A DNA stretch of 64,000 bases from the human T2T-CHM13v2.0 reference genome, Homo sapiens: the NCBI RefSeq assembly GCF_009914755.1, contig NC_060944.1. One strand, 5' to 3'. The notes beneath the pieces are model-generated. The model was not told the DNA's origin, made no database searches, and was given only the letters and a program-made list of their open reading frames with translations. Below are positions 1 to 10,410 of this stretch, piece after piece; within the stretch, counting starts at the first letter, position 1; each line of letters begins with the position of its first letter. The position numbers and the translations under genes were made by a program.

Positions 1-367
1 GACCCAGCCCTAGCCAATGAGACTGCAGGGGTGGTGAGCTAGGGGGTGCATAGGAGGAGCCTCCTCACATTCAGGAAGGAGGTGTGGAACAGAGGCTCTT
101 CCCAGGGCTCTTTCTGCCTCTGGATGTTGGTGTTGATGATGTGATGTCTGGAGCTGTTGCAACCACCTTGCTACTAGCTTGAGGCTGAAGCTTCAAGAAC
201 AGGAAGGTAAGGCTGAGAGAATCCCAAGGAAGCAGAGCATATGCTGGGAGTTCTGTTCCTGAAGCCTGCCTCACCCAGGGGCTTCTTATCATGAGAGTAG
301 AACATTCCCTTTGCATTCAAGACATTTTTAATTAGGGACTTAGTTTACATGTGGCTGAAAGCTTCTC
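1..367 (+). mobile_element. MLT1-type (ERVL-MaLR) LTR remnant
   Basis: Recalled MLT1 motifs gatgtctggagctgttgcaaccaccttg and terminal tttacatgtggctgaaagc; paralogue at ~41560-42030. Confidence 0.55.
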
Positions 368-1165
368 AGCAGGTCCCAAGGCCTCTGCAGTTTCTTCTGC
401 ATGGTTTCTCCTTCCCTCACCTCTTCTTCAAGTCTCCTTCTACTTTTGTGGCTGGTGGATTTGTCTCCTCCCTCACGTCCTCCTTTGCCCATGCACTATG
501 CAAGAATACTGGAGTCTGCCCATGTGTGTGTGAGTGGCACAGACAGGAGGGGCGGGCCTGACGTCCCTCCCCGATTATTCTGTTGGCTCCCAGCTGCAGG
601 CAACACAGATGTAAAACTGTGACCAACAGGTGAGATGACTTGAAGAGATACTTTTTCCAGGACAAACTCCTGCACATTCAATGAGCTAATCAATATAGCA
701 CATCATGATACATTTGCACAATTTTGAAGCTCACTACACAACAGTGACAGTTTAAAAATGCTGTGTTAGTGAGCATTGTTAATACAAAGAGTCTTTAAGA
801 TCATCAATCTTATGTCTAGAAAATTTAGAAAGCACTAAAATCTTAGAGTTCACAAATGAGAGGAAACTGCAAGAGGCTTTTACGAATTTGTCAACAATCA
901 GGAAAGGTTGCAGGATATTACCAATATGAGTTTTGAAGCAGAAAAAGGATGTTATGTACCATTAAGTTCACAGATCATCAAACAGTTAGTGGAAAGACTG
1001 GTTTATCTTTCTGCTATATTTATAAAAGTTCTGGTACAAATTCAATGTCTTATGATGAGGCAAATAGTGATTCATTAGCTGAATATGGAAACATAGGCAG
1101 AAAATATTACAGAGTTGTGTCAACTAGTTAATTAAACAAAAACATTATATGAGACAGTAAAGATC

Positions 1166-1760
1166 ATGTGGATTAAGGGAGGGCAAATCTGCCCTTTCAT
1201 CTGCAGGGTGGATAGATGGACTGATGTGGTCAAAGCCAGTGGCATCATGAACGGGAAACAATGTTTCTCTCAAGCTGCAGCTTTGAAATGTCAAGCAGCT
1301 TCTTCCTTGGCTGACAACTGCTTTCTGACTCAATGGAAGACCTTGTTCTCTAGCGTCAGGGCTGTCAGAAACTTTGCTTATAAGTAAGAAGAACATCCCA
1401 CTGCCTGGAGGATCTAGGTCCACCTTTACACAGAAGCACAGAGCTACAGAGAAGGGGTTTCTGGACAGAACGTTCCACATTTGCCTGAACCTTATGGGTT
1501 CTGAGGAGATAGGAGGAGCTGAGGAGATAGGAGGAGCTGAGTACAATTTGCAGCCCAGACCTGACCCTGGCTCCTTTACACAGAAGCCTGCCATGCTCTG
1601 AGTGCATCAATACACCTTCAAAATCCCTTCCTCCAATCCTGTGATAACCTTTTTTCCTTTGTTTGTTGAATCATGTGAGGATCCTTGTGTGACTTTATTC
1701 CCTTATTGCAACAACCCAATACTGAGTGTGTTGGCTACAGTACTGACTTGGTGGCTGATT
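1166..1760 (+). mobile_element. LTR-like insertion within the hAT remnant (family unassigned)
   Basis: GC-richer block beginning TG (tgtggattaagg) that splits the AT-rich transposon; also present at ~43593-44170. Confidence 0.35.
1501..1541. repeat. Perfect 18-bp tandem duplication (ctgaggagataggaggag x2 + ctgag)
   Basis: Read directly; single copy in the paralogue near 43927. Confidence 0.95.
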
Positions 1761-3667
1761 ATTTTCTGGATTTTGTGGGTGTCTGTTATTTTCTGGATTT
1801 TGTGGCTGTTTGCAGTATATCTCAGTGTTTTAAAAAGTGAGTATTTTGCCATAATTTATTTTCTTTTCCCAAATAAACATTAACTTTTGTGCTTTCTTTT
1901 GTATTGCTAATATTGCTCTATTTTTCATACATAAAGCCCCCATATTGTATGAGCCTCAGGCCCTGCAGCACCTGGTCTGCCTGTGATCATGAAGAGAGTC
2001 CACCTGCCCAAGGAAAGACTGTGCCGTCTCATGCTTCCCAGGCCTCCGATGCACTCATCCCTCCTTCCAGAGTGATTTCTCTATGCTGGGTGAGGGGTTT
2101 CCAACCTCTGCAGTTTCCATCTTTTACCTCTGATCTGGTGCATGATTTTTTCTAAAGGAACTCTTAGAAGACACTTAACATGACCTGATCAGGAACCTTC
2201 TTTAGCTTCTTCCAAGGACACAGCTCAGTGCCCAGAAGATGGACCTGTTCACTCTCAGCTTCCCCGCATCCTGCTCTGTTCCAAGGGAGCAGACACACAG
2301 GGAAAAGTCGGGGGAGTCCTGTGCAGAACCCCGACGTCACACCATCTTCCCCAAGGAAGATAGAATTGTGTCAGAAAGGGACTGTTTTTCAAAAAATCAG
2401 CTGTTCATTGTGTGCCTGGATGGTGGTCCCTTTGGTCAATAAACCCTTCATCCACATGGAAAATTATGAGCACTTCCGTGCAAGAAAGACTTTGCCCCCA
2501 ACCACAACATCTGTGCACCTGCTGCTCTGCCCTCAGCCGCTCTCTCCCAGTAGAAGCCTGAATCACTAAGTGCACCCTCCACTGAGAGGATGAGGCCCAG
2601 ATTTGACTCCCCCGCTCATGGCTGCCTGGGCGCTGCTACACTTCCCACATCACAGACTCAGTTAAATCCCATGGGGGTGGAGAGGAAATGGAAGCAGATG
2701 CTGCTCACTCTCCCTGCCAGACCATTCTCCTCCTGGCTTCCTAGGTGCAGCACGGTGGGTGCTGGCCTCAGGGCTGTTTCAGCAGCTTCCTCTTTGTCAT
2801 TTCCCTCTCAGTGTTCATGGCAGCCACCCTTGGTCAATGCAGCTCTGAGTGAGGAAGACATTTCAGAGCCTTGGGCCAGAGGCACCTGTCCTGAGGGCTG
2901 CACCCCCTTCTCTTTGAACTAAAATAGCAAAGAGAAGGACCGTGTGGGCTTGGGGCCATGTGACTTAGGAGTGTAGCCTCCTGCTTGAGGCACAAATATC
3001 TACTATTCTATGAATCATGATGACACTAAGTTTTTTTTATTAATTGGAACATCATCCTTGGAAAAAAACAGTCCACTTCATGCCAGTCCCATTTGTGTTT
3101 TAACTTCTCTAACCCTAATATAAAGTTTGACATGAGGACTTTTTAAAACTTCAAGTCCAGAGAATGGGCCGGTGGGTGTGAATTGACAAAACCTCCCACC
3201 CTGGGGCACACCTTCCCAGGATAGATGACAGCAGGCACTGTTTTCTCTGTGAGATCTTGCCCATCTTTGGTCTGGCTGGCATTTCTCCCAATCAGTTACA
3301 CATACACATACACACTTTTGGACTTGTTTCCATGTAAGGGCCTAAAGTCTCTTGTGGAAAGAAGCAGACATCGATCGCTATTTATTTAGTGTCTAGGGGA
3401 TTTGATGAGAGCAGCTCAGTCCCTGGAGTCTGCTCAACTCTGCAAGCACAGATGGAATCCACGGCCTGGCGAGCTCCACTGAGGCCTGGCCCCTGCCTGT
3501 GGACACAGCCAGCCCCCTCCTCCTGGTCTGACCAGGAGCTCAGACCAAACCAGCAGCCCAACTTCTGGGGCCAGCAGAACAAGGAGGCTTCATAAAGGAA
3601 CTGCAGAAACCCTGCCTGTGTGTACATCCCCAAACAGCCAAGAACTCAGAGGGAGGCAATGCTACTG

Positions 3668-3673
3668 TTTAAT
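3668..3673 (-). terminator. CST5: CST5 polyadenylation signal ATTAAA
   Basis: tttaat on + strand, ~235 nt past the stop codon; conserved in the paralogue at 46296-46301. Confidence 0.75.
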
Positions 3674-3908
3674 TGCAGGAGGTGGGAGAGTGTGCACTGC
3701 ACACTGGGGCTATGAGAAGCAAGAAGGAAGGAGCAAGGGCAGAGCCCCCTGCTGAGCAACAAAGGCCTCCTGCCACCTTCTGTGTCTGTCTCCTGGTGCA
3801 GGCGCATGAGGAGACCTCCCCCAGGGTGGGGGCCACCAGTCCAGGGGTGGGAGCACTACAGGGGGTGGGAGTAGGAGGTGGTCAGTGTGACAGGCCTTGC
3901 ACAGACCC

Positions 3909-3992
3909 CTAGACTTTCCGGCACTTGTAGTTCAGAATGGAAATTTTATCCTCCCAGGGAACTTCATTGATCTGGAAAGAGCAGAACTCTTC
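3909..3992 (-). CDS. CST5: CST5 exon 3 ([27 protein letters not shown])
   Basis: Acceptor ttttcacAG at 3994-3993; TAG at 3911-3909; 84 nt. Confidence 0.98.
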   Translation of the reverse strand, partial: EEFCSFQINEVPWEDKISILNYKCRKV

Positions 3993-6900
3993 CTGTGAAA
4001 AGAAAGAGATGGAGAAAATGACTGTGGGTTACAGTTAAAGCCAAAGATGCCCAGGAATGGGACATCAGAATGGGGGTGAAAATGGTTGGAGATGAGACAC
4101 TGCCCCCTGACCCCAACCTACCCCTGCCGAGTTCCAGGGCACTGAGCCCAACTGGGCAGTGACTGTTCCATTGCCCCTCCCAAGGCTCCAAGTCACCAGG
4201 TGACATTGGGCCTTCACCCCAGCCTGCAGGATTCCTGTCCCAGCGCAGCCCTATGAGGAGCAGCCTGTGCAAGGCCTTGGGAGCCTCAGGGGTGCAGGAC
4301 AGGGGAGGCAGCTCACTGCCTCCAGCTCCTTCCACCTCCAGCACCCAGGCCAGCACTAAGAGGGGCCAGAGGGAAGAACCCAGGGAACTGGAAATTGCAA
4401 CTCAAAGTGCCCGAGGTGGTGAGGAGATGACAAGGAGAGTGTGGCTCTGCCTTGAGCAGAGACCTCGAAAGAAATCCTGGGTTCTTGGAGAGGCTGATGT
4501 TGGGTGAGCTGGGGCAGGTCCAGGGCTTCTCAGCTAACAGGCATTTAATTCCTTCTAATGTGCTCAGAGTGGCTGTGGCTGCAGGCAGGTGCCTGAGGCT
4601 GGGGTTAGACAGAGCCCCTTCTTTCTGACCAGAACCCAGCCCAGCAGCTTCTTCCTCCAGTCCAACAGACAACACCCCAAAGCAGGCAGAGTTGACCTCC
4701 CAGTAACCATTACCAAGCTAAAGTCTTCCTAGCAAAACAAATTCATCACCCCTATCCACACCACTCCATCTGCACACACATAGGCATCTATATTAACTCA
4801 CAGCAACCCTCACCCAAACGAATATATGCATGAACCCACATACTCCTTCACACATCCACACACATGCACACACACACTCCTGTGCATCTTCCTCATGTAT
4901 GCACACATATGCATCTTTCTACATGCATAGCCACATGTGTACACCATCCCACACATTCATTCATGCATACACAAAACTCCATATGCACAAACACATTCAT
5001 TGACTTCACAATACACATCTGCACATGTGTGCCAAACACACATGCATCCTCCCATGCACATGAATGCATCCTTGCATACGTGGCCCCACAAATATCTGCA
5101 CACATGCACACATGCCCTCCAAAGCATGTGCAGGAGTACAGATGCGTGCACACACACATACACACACACACATGCACACACTGCTCTGCGGTACTTGATG
5201 CCCCTGACCCACATCAGGCACATACCTCTTTCAGTTTTGGCTGGTCATTGAAGGGACAGTTGTCCAAGTTGGGCTGGGACTTGGTGCATGTGGTTCGACC
5301 GAACTTCACATTGAAGTAGTAGTTCACCCCACCCACGATCTACACGCGTGGAAGAGCAGGAAGCAGGGGCAGCATGCTGTCAGTTTCATGCACACGCAGG
5401 CACTTCACTGTGACTGAGTCACTGGGCTTGCCTGGGGCTTCATGCCCACACTGTCACCCAAAAGGCACACAAGCCACCTTCTCCTGCTGGCTGGCAGTGG
5501 TAGTGTGTCCCGGTCCTTCCTAGTAACTTGTTTTCTCTGGGTATCTCAAGCAAGCTGTCTCATGCAGCCCAGTAGAAAGAGAAGCAGGGGCAGGGCAGAT
5601 GGAAGCCAGGGCCTAAAACCCCCTTCACTGGATTCAGGAACAGAAGGCACAGCTCTGGGGAACCAGCCAGGGTGGGACAAAGAAACAGTCCTGGCACGAG
5701 GCTTGCAGGGCAGGGTCTAAGCACCAAGTGAATGCTCTTTCCCACAGCAAAGGATTAACTGAATTCTGCTACCTGTGCTCAGGGGGCAGGGACACTGGTC
5801 CCATCCTAGGAAGGCTGCCACCTGATGATGAAATTTCGGCAAACTTCCAGCTCCTGGCATTCAGTCCACAGAGCATCTCATTCCTGCCATTTAACCCAGA
5901 GGTATTTTTCCTCATTTCTCAGTAGGAGATGAGATGCTCACATACATTGATGTTTTAGGCCAATAAACATTGCCTCCTGCATGCCTCCATTCCAGGTGTG
6001 ATTTTCAAGGCAATATTTCTAAAGTGAGTCACACACCTGCATGTCTTAGGGTTGCAACTTCAGAAGATAACTGAATGCTTTCCCTGCACAGTGCCGCCCC
6101 CAGACATGACTTGTCAGAACTGTGGAGAAGCATGGGATGAGGGACCCTGGGACCAGGGTGCTAGACCTTGCCCTGTGGAACCACACACAAGTCCTGTAGA
6201 ACCACATGGAAGTCCTGTGATCCCTCCGGTGTCAGTCTGCTGCTCTGTAAAATAGGCTCCAGGGCCCAACGATCTACATCATTCTGTGCTTCACTCCCAG
6301 TGAGTGACACACTTAAGAGGGAGTGCAGGCCAGCAGGGACCACAGCACCAGGGAATGCCCCTCCTGTGCAGGGAGAGGGCTGCAGGAGGAGAAACAGGGC
6401 TGGTCTGGACTCCTCTGACTTTCCAAGAGAAGGTGGAGGAGCTCTAAAGGCTGGCAGGCCATATAGCCCTGTGGTCGCTGTGTCACTGCTGCTCTGCCAT
6501 GGGACGTAGGTCAAGCTGGGCTCGGTAGCCCTGCTGAAGCTTCCTCCCTCTGGACCCAACCACCTCCTTCACTCTGCTGGGTGATTGCTGTCCTCATTTT
6601 GCTGAGGTCTAACTCTGCGTTAGCTGGCAGAGGCAGGGTCAGGCATGCTCTACCCCAGCAGGAACTCAGCTGTCCTGGGCTGTAGGGGGTGGTCAGCCAG
6701 CCTGAGAGTGAAGGCCACTAGCCATAACGGGCTGTGCCCAGGGGCGTGACTTGGGAGGGAAGCGGGGCTATCCAGGACAAGGAGTCAGGTTCCCGTGTGG
6801 CCCCTGTGGAGAGGACTCAGGGAGGAAGATGAACCTTGTGGCCTGGATCTCATCCTGAGCAGCATCAAGCCCACCCAGAGTCAGCACAGTCTCCATCCAC

Positions 6901-7397
6901 ACCTGCTGGACCCTGGGAAATGCCACAGTCATGGTACAGACACAGTGGCTGCTGCAGGTTAAAAGAGGCCGAGGGGACAGGACAGGGCTAAACTCATGCA
7001 CTCACGGCCAAGGAGTGTCCTAGGGCATGAAGACCATCAGCAGACAGTCAGAGAAAGCTGAATGAGTCTGCGGTTTAGATAATGTTGATTTGCTGGGAGT
7101 GCTCTGGGGGGTGAGGCAAAAAACCCAGCTGGGACTCAGGACCCCCAGGGTGGTGGTAGCACGCACCTGCTGGTAGGCAGCCATCACCTGCAGAGGGCGG
7201 CTGTAGTACTCATCCTTATTAATGACCTTGTTGTACTCGCTGATGGCAAAGTCCAGGGCACGCTGCACACTCTTGTCATTGAGGTCTGTGGCATGGATGC
7301 CACCTGCCAAGGTCCTAGATTGGGCCGAGGCACTCCCGGCCACGGCCACCATCAAGGCAGTCAGCAGCAGCAGTGGGGTGTGCATGGGCCACATCAT
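3909..7397 (-). CDS. CST5: Cystatin D precursor, 142 aa, join(complement 7167-7397, 5226-5339, 3909-3992)
   Basis: Spliced translation [12 protein letters not shown]...[69 protein letters not shown]. It has a signal peptide, N-terminal GG, QIVGG, PW and four Cys; both introns are GT-AG phase 0. Confidence 0.99.
4760..5180. repeat. Degenerate (CA/TG)-rich low-complexity tract in CST5 intron 2
   Basis: cacacatgcacacacac-type runs; paralogue ~47330-47760. Confidence 0.85.
5226..5339 (-). CDS. CST5: CST5 exon 2 ([38 protein letters not shown])
   Basis: Acceptor gtgtAG at 5341-5340; donor GTATGT at 5225; 114 nt. Confidence 0.98.
7167..7397 (-). CDS. CST5: CST5 exon 1 coding part (77 codons, signal peptide to ...MAAYQQ)
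   Basis: ATG at 7397-7395; donor GTGCGT at 7166-7161; matches the first 77 aa of ORF 7020..7397. Confidence 0.98.
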
Positions 7398-7491
7398 GTT
7401 CTACTGGGACACAGAGCAAGGAGCTGGATCTCCCAGAGAGCAAAGCAGCAGAAGGCTGAGGCAGGAAGCCCAGGCCAGAAGCTAGCTGTGC

Positions 7492-7499
7492 ATTTATCC
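7492..7499 (-). promoter_or_regulatory. CST5: TATA-like box GGATAAAT of CST5
   Basis: About 95 nt upstream of the ATG; an ATAAA-type box is typical of salivary cystatin promoters. Confidence 0.75.
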
Positions 7500-7534
7500 T
7501 ACTTGGGTGTCCCCCAACCCCACCTGCTCCCTGG

Positions 7535-7543
7535 CCCCGCCCC
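7535..7543 (-). promoter_or_regulatory. CST5: GC box GGGGCGGGG (Sp/KLF)
   Basis: ccccgcccc on +, ~40 nt upstream of the TATA-like box; mutated to ccctgcccc in the paralogue. Confidence 0.65.
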
Positions 7544-7986
7544 TGGCTCCTCCTCCTCTTTCTACCCCTCCTCTTCTGTCTCTATCTCCCTTTCCACCCC
7601 CAACCACCTCCCTCCCTCCCTAAGTTCCCTTCGCTCCTCCCATGCCTCCTCCTCATCCTCCTCCCCACTCCTGTCCTGACCGCAACCTCCCCACAGCCCT
7701 GCCCCTCTTCCTCAGTGCTCTAAAGCTTGGCTCACTCTGGATTCCAGAGAGGTGACACCGCTCCCTGGGCTGTGAAACCTGGTGACCACCTATGTCCACA
7801 GGAAAGGGAGAAATACAGGGCTTGGCCTTCTAAAGTCTTCAGATGTCAGGGGCATCCAGGAGCACGTGGTCATGGTCTGGGAATTCCTGGGGCAGGGAGC
7901 TGTTTCAGAAGCTCCGGGATGACCTTGTCCATGCCCTCTTCTGGGGAACTTCTTTGCCAAACATAAAGTAATTAACCTTTGGGTAA

Positions 7987-8001
7987 AGTTCACTGGGTTC
8001 T
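7987..8001 (+). promoter_or_regulatory. Candidate DR3 nuclear-receptor (VDR/RXR) element AGTTCA-ctg-GGTTCT
   Basis: One perfect and one single-mismatch RGKTSA half-site spaced by 3 nt; motif match only. Confidence 0.3.
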
Positions 8002-8096
8002 CGTTTCATAACTCCTCATTATTCAATAAACAAACCTGTCACCAGCTTCCCCCTGCACCAAGCAGTCTGGGCAATAGAGCCGTAGACATGAACTTG

Positions 8097-8402
8097 CAGA
8101 GCTGCCATCCAACAGAGATGTGACAGAAACCCAGGAGCAATTTAAAACACATTTGAAAAAGTTAAAAGATACAGCTGAAAGTAATTTTGGTATTTCTACT
8201 TTAACCTAATATATCCAAAATACTTCAACACTTCAGGACTATTCTTAAGGAGCTAGTTTACATTCTTTTGTGTGAGTGTAATGTCTTGAAGTTCCCTGTG
8301 TATTTTTTACAGTTAGACCAAGCGTCACTGTGGACTAGCCCCATTTCAAGTGCCCTGTGGCCACGAGTGGCTGCTGGTGGCTGTGGTACTGCATAGCCCA
8401 GC
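8097..8402 (+). mobile_element. MER33-like hAT-Charlie element
   Basis: tttaacctaatatatccaaaa...ggactagccccatttcaagtgccctgtggccac match the recalled consensus; paralogue ~50660-50967. Confidence 0.7.
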
Positions 8403-8439
8403 CATTAGGGTGTGTGGGAGGATGCAGAGTGGTGATCAA

Positions 8440-8790
8440 CAATTTAGATCAGGGAATTATAGTCGCTCAGTTAGAGAGAGGGTGGGTGCTACTGGACCCT
8501 GGTCAGGGAAGTCTCTAAGAGACCGGAAAGGTTGAGAAGCCCCAGGCAGCAGGGAATAGTCAGTGCAAAGGCCCTGAGGCAAGGCTGGGCATGCCTGCTC
8601 CAGGAAGAGGAAGCTCCTGGAGGGGGTGTGAGCAGGGAAGGGAACGACCTGGAGTCTCACGGTAACTGTGGGTGTGTCCAGGTGGAAGGCGCAGGGAGAC
8701 CCCTGGCAGGTGGTGGGGGTGTCAGGAGAAGGAGCAGCAGCCACAGGATGAATGTGGGAGCCCAAGAGCCTCTCTTGCTCCTCCCCTCTG
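8440..8790. mobile_element. L2 LINE remnant
   Basis: ggtcagggaagtctct...gcagggaatagtcagtgcaaaggccctgaggc is a characteristic L2 motif. Confidence 0.6.
8577..8596. promoter_or_regulatory. p53 response element AGGCAAGGCT-GGGCATGCCT (zero spacer)
   Basis: 19/20 match to RRRCWWGYYY x2, ~1.2 kb upstream of the CST5 ATG. Confidence 0.7.
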
Positions 8791-10410
8791 GGAGACGTGC
8801 TGCCAGCACTGGTCCTCTGTACACTGCTTGGAAAACTCATGTAATATTTTAAAAATTACATTGAATGAGGTAGAATTTACACACAATAAAATGCCTAATT
8901 GTATGTGCCCAATCTGGGGGATTTCATAAATGCATACACTTGTGTTACCACTTTGTCCACACCTGTGATATCTGCCTCACCCCAGATGGTTTCCTCCTGC
9001 CTCTGAAGCCCACCCTCATGCCCACCCGACCCTGGCAGCCCACATCTGGTCCTGTGGACTCCTTTGTTGCCTGTCCTTGAGCTTCCCAGGAATGGAATCC
9101 TGCAGAGAGAGCCCAGGTGTGTCTTCGTCCTTTGCTCAGCGTGGCTTCATTGCCAGGATTGAGAGTTCTCCTTCTCCACAGACTGAGAGGATGTGGTCAG
9201 TTGGGTGCCCTGTGGGCTGACAAAGCCCCCAGCTCGGGATGCTGTGGGCCTGGACTGGAATGTGACTTCAGGAGTAGGGAGGGTGGAAGGAGGCTCTGAA
9301 CAGACAGCTGCTCCCTTTGTTCTCTCAACCCCCCCTCCATGCCTGAAGGTGATCCTGCGGCAAATGCCCTTATGGCGAGGTGGCAGGCTTGGCCAGAAAC
9401 ACCAGGAAACCCTGGGCCTTAGCAGGACACCCAGAGGACTCTCCTGGGAGTGGTGGAGGTGAGGGTCGGCCAGGATCAGCCCAGACCTGCTATAATCCTG
9501 GGGCTCCGCCATGGCTGGGGCTGCATCAGCAGGAACCCGACAGCGGGAACAATATTACTCATGGGTGCTCATGTTCAGTATGAGGACAGGGGACCTTTTT
9601 ACCCAAGGCCCAGTGACCATTGCACCCCACTGTGAATCCAGCACCCCTAGAAAAGCCATGCACTCCAGCAGATACAGCAGGTGGCCCAGGGATAGTGTTT
9701 ACTGCTGGGTGAGGGAGGGAAGGTCTTCAAGCAGGGCTGCACGTGATGCCTCCTAGTTAGACAGGAAATTGGGGGAGATTCCCAGAGAAGGGAAAGAGAG
9801 GGCAGTCCCTGGCCAGGTGCTTGTGGGCAGAATGGTCATCTCCCAAGTGTGGGAGTTGGGTCTCCTCTGTGGCTCCCACCTTCCCTGGCCGCTAGGTCTC
9901 AACTCTCAGGAGGATGTGTTGTGCAGAGGGTAAGCTGAAATACATACAAATCTCTCCTATCTTTTATCATTAGGAAGGAGATGCAGGTCATCCACATAAC
10001 AGGCATATGGTGGTGGGTGGAGTATGGGGTGGGAGCTGGAGTGCTGGCCTATTTCCCTGTATGTGATGCCACCGCCAGTGGTCATCCTCTGTCAGGACAC
10101 TGGAATGAGCTATAGGGAGGGTCAACAGGCCTGATACAGTGGCCACTCTAATCTTTGTAGTCAGACCCCCATGTAGGGCACTCTCAGGAACTACAAGAGA
10201 TGCATCCAGTATGGGTGATGGTAAGTGGAAGGTTAGGGTAGATGGACAGCTGCTCCAGCTGCTGGGTGACCTTGGGAAAATGTTTTGCCTTCTCTATGTG
10301 TCATGCATATGGAAAGGTGAGCTGCTTTGTAAATGGTGGTGTCTGGTGGTTCAAAACCAGCAAGATAAGTTTGATTCTGCAGTGACATTTAAGTGTGGTT
10401 AAAATTTACA

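Larger units (their letters stand above)
527..1985 (+). mobile_element. Zaphod-like hAT-Tip100 DNA transposon remnant, interrupted by an LTR-like insert
   Basis: gaggcttttacgaatttgtcaacaatc...tcttatgatgaggc and 3' end cccccatattgtatgagcctcaggccctgcagcacctgg resemble the recalled Zaphod consensus. Confidence 0.55.

Noticed and set aside
1145-1594. ORF conserved with 43572..43904 (and other paired ORFs such as 9147/51512, 5560-region/48142)
   Set aside because: Similarity reflects the DNA duplication; starts and lengths differ and no protein family is recognisable.
4864-5319. His/Thr/Cys/Val-rich ORFs here and at 47402-47854
   Set aside because: Translations of degenerate CA/TG intronic repeats.
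7020-7166. C-terminal 48 aa of the 125-aa ORF 7020..7397
   Set aside because: Read-through into intron 1 past the GTGCGT donor; cystatin homology continues in exon 2.
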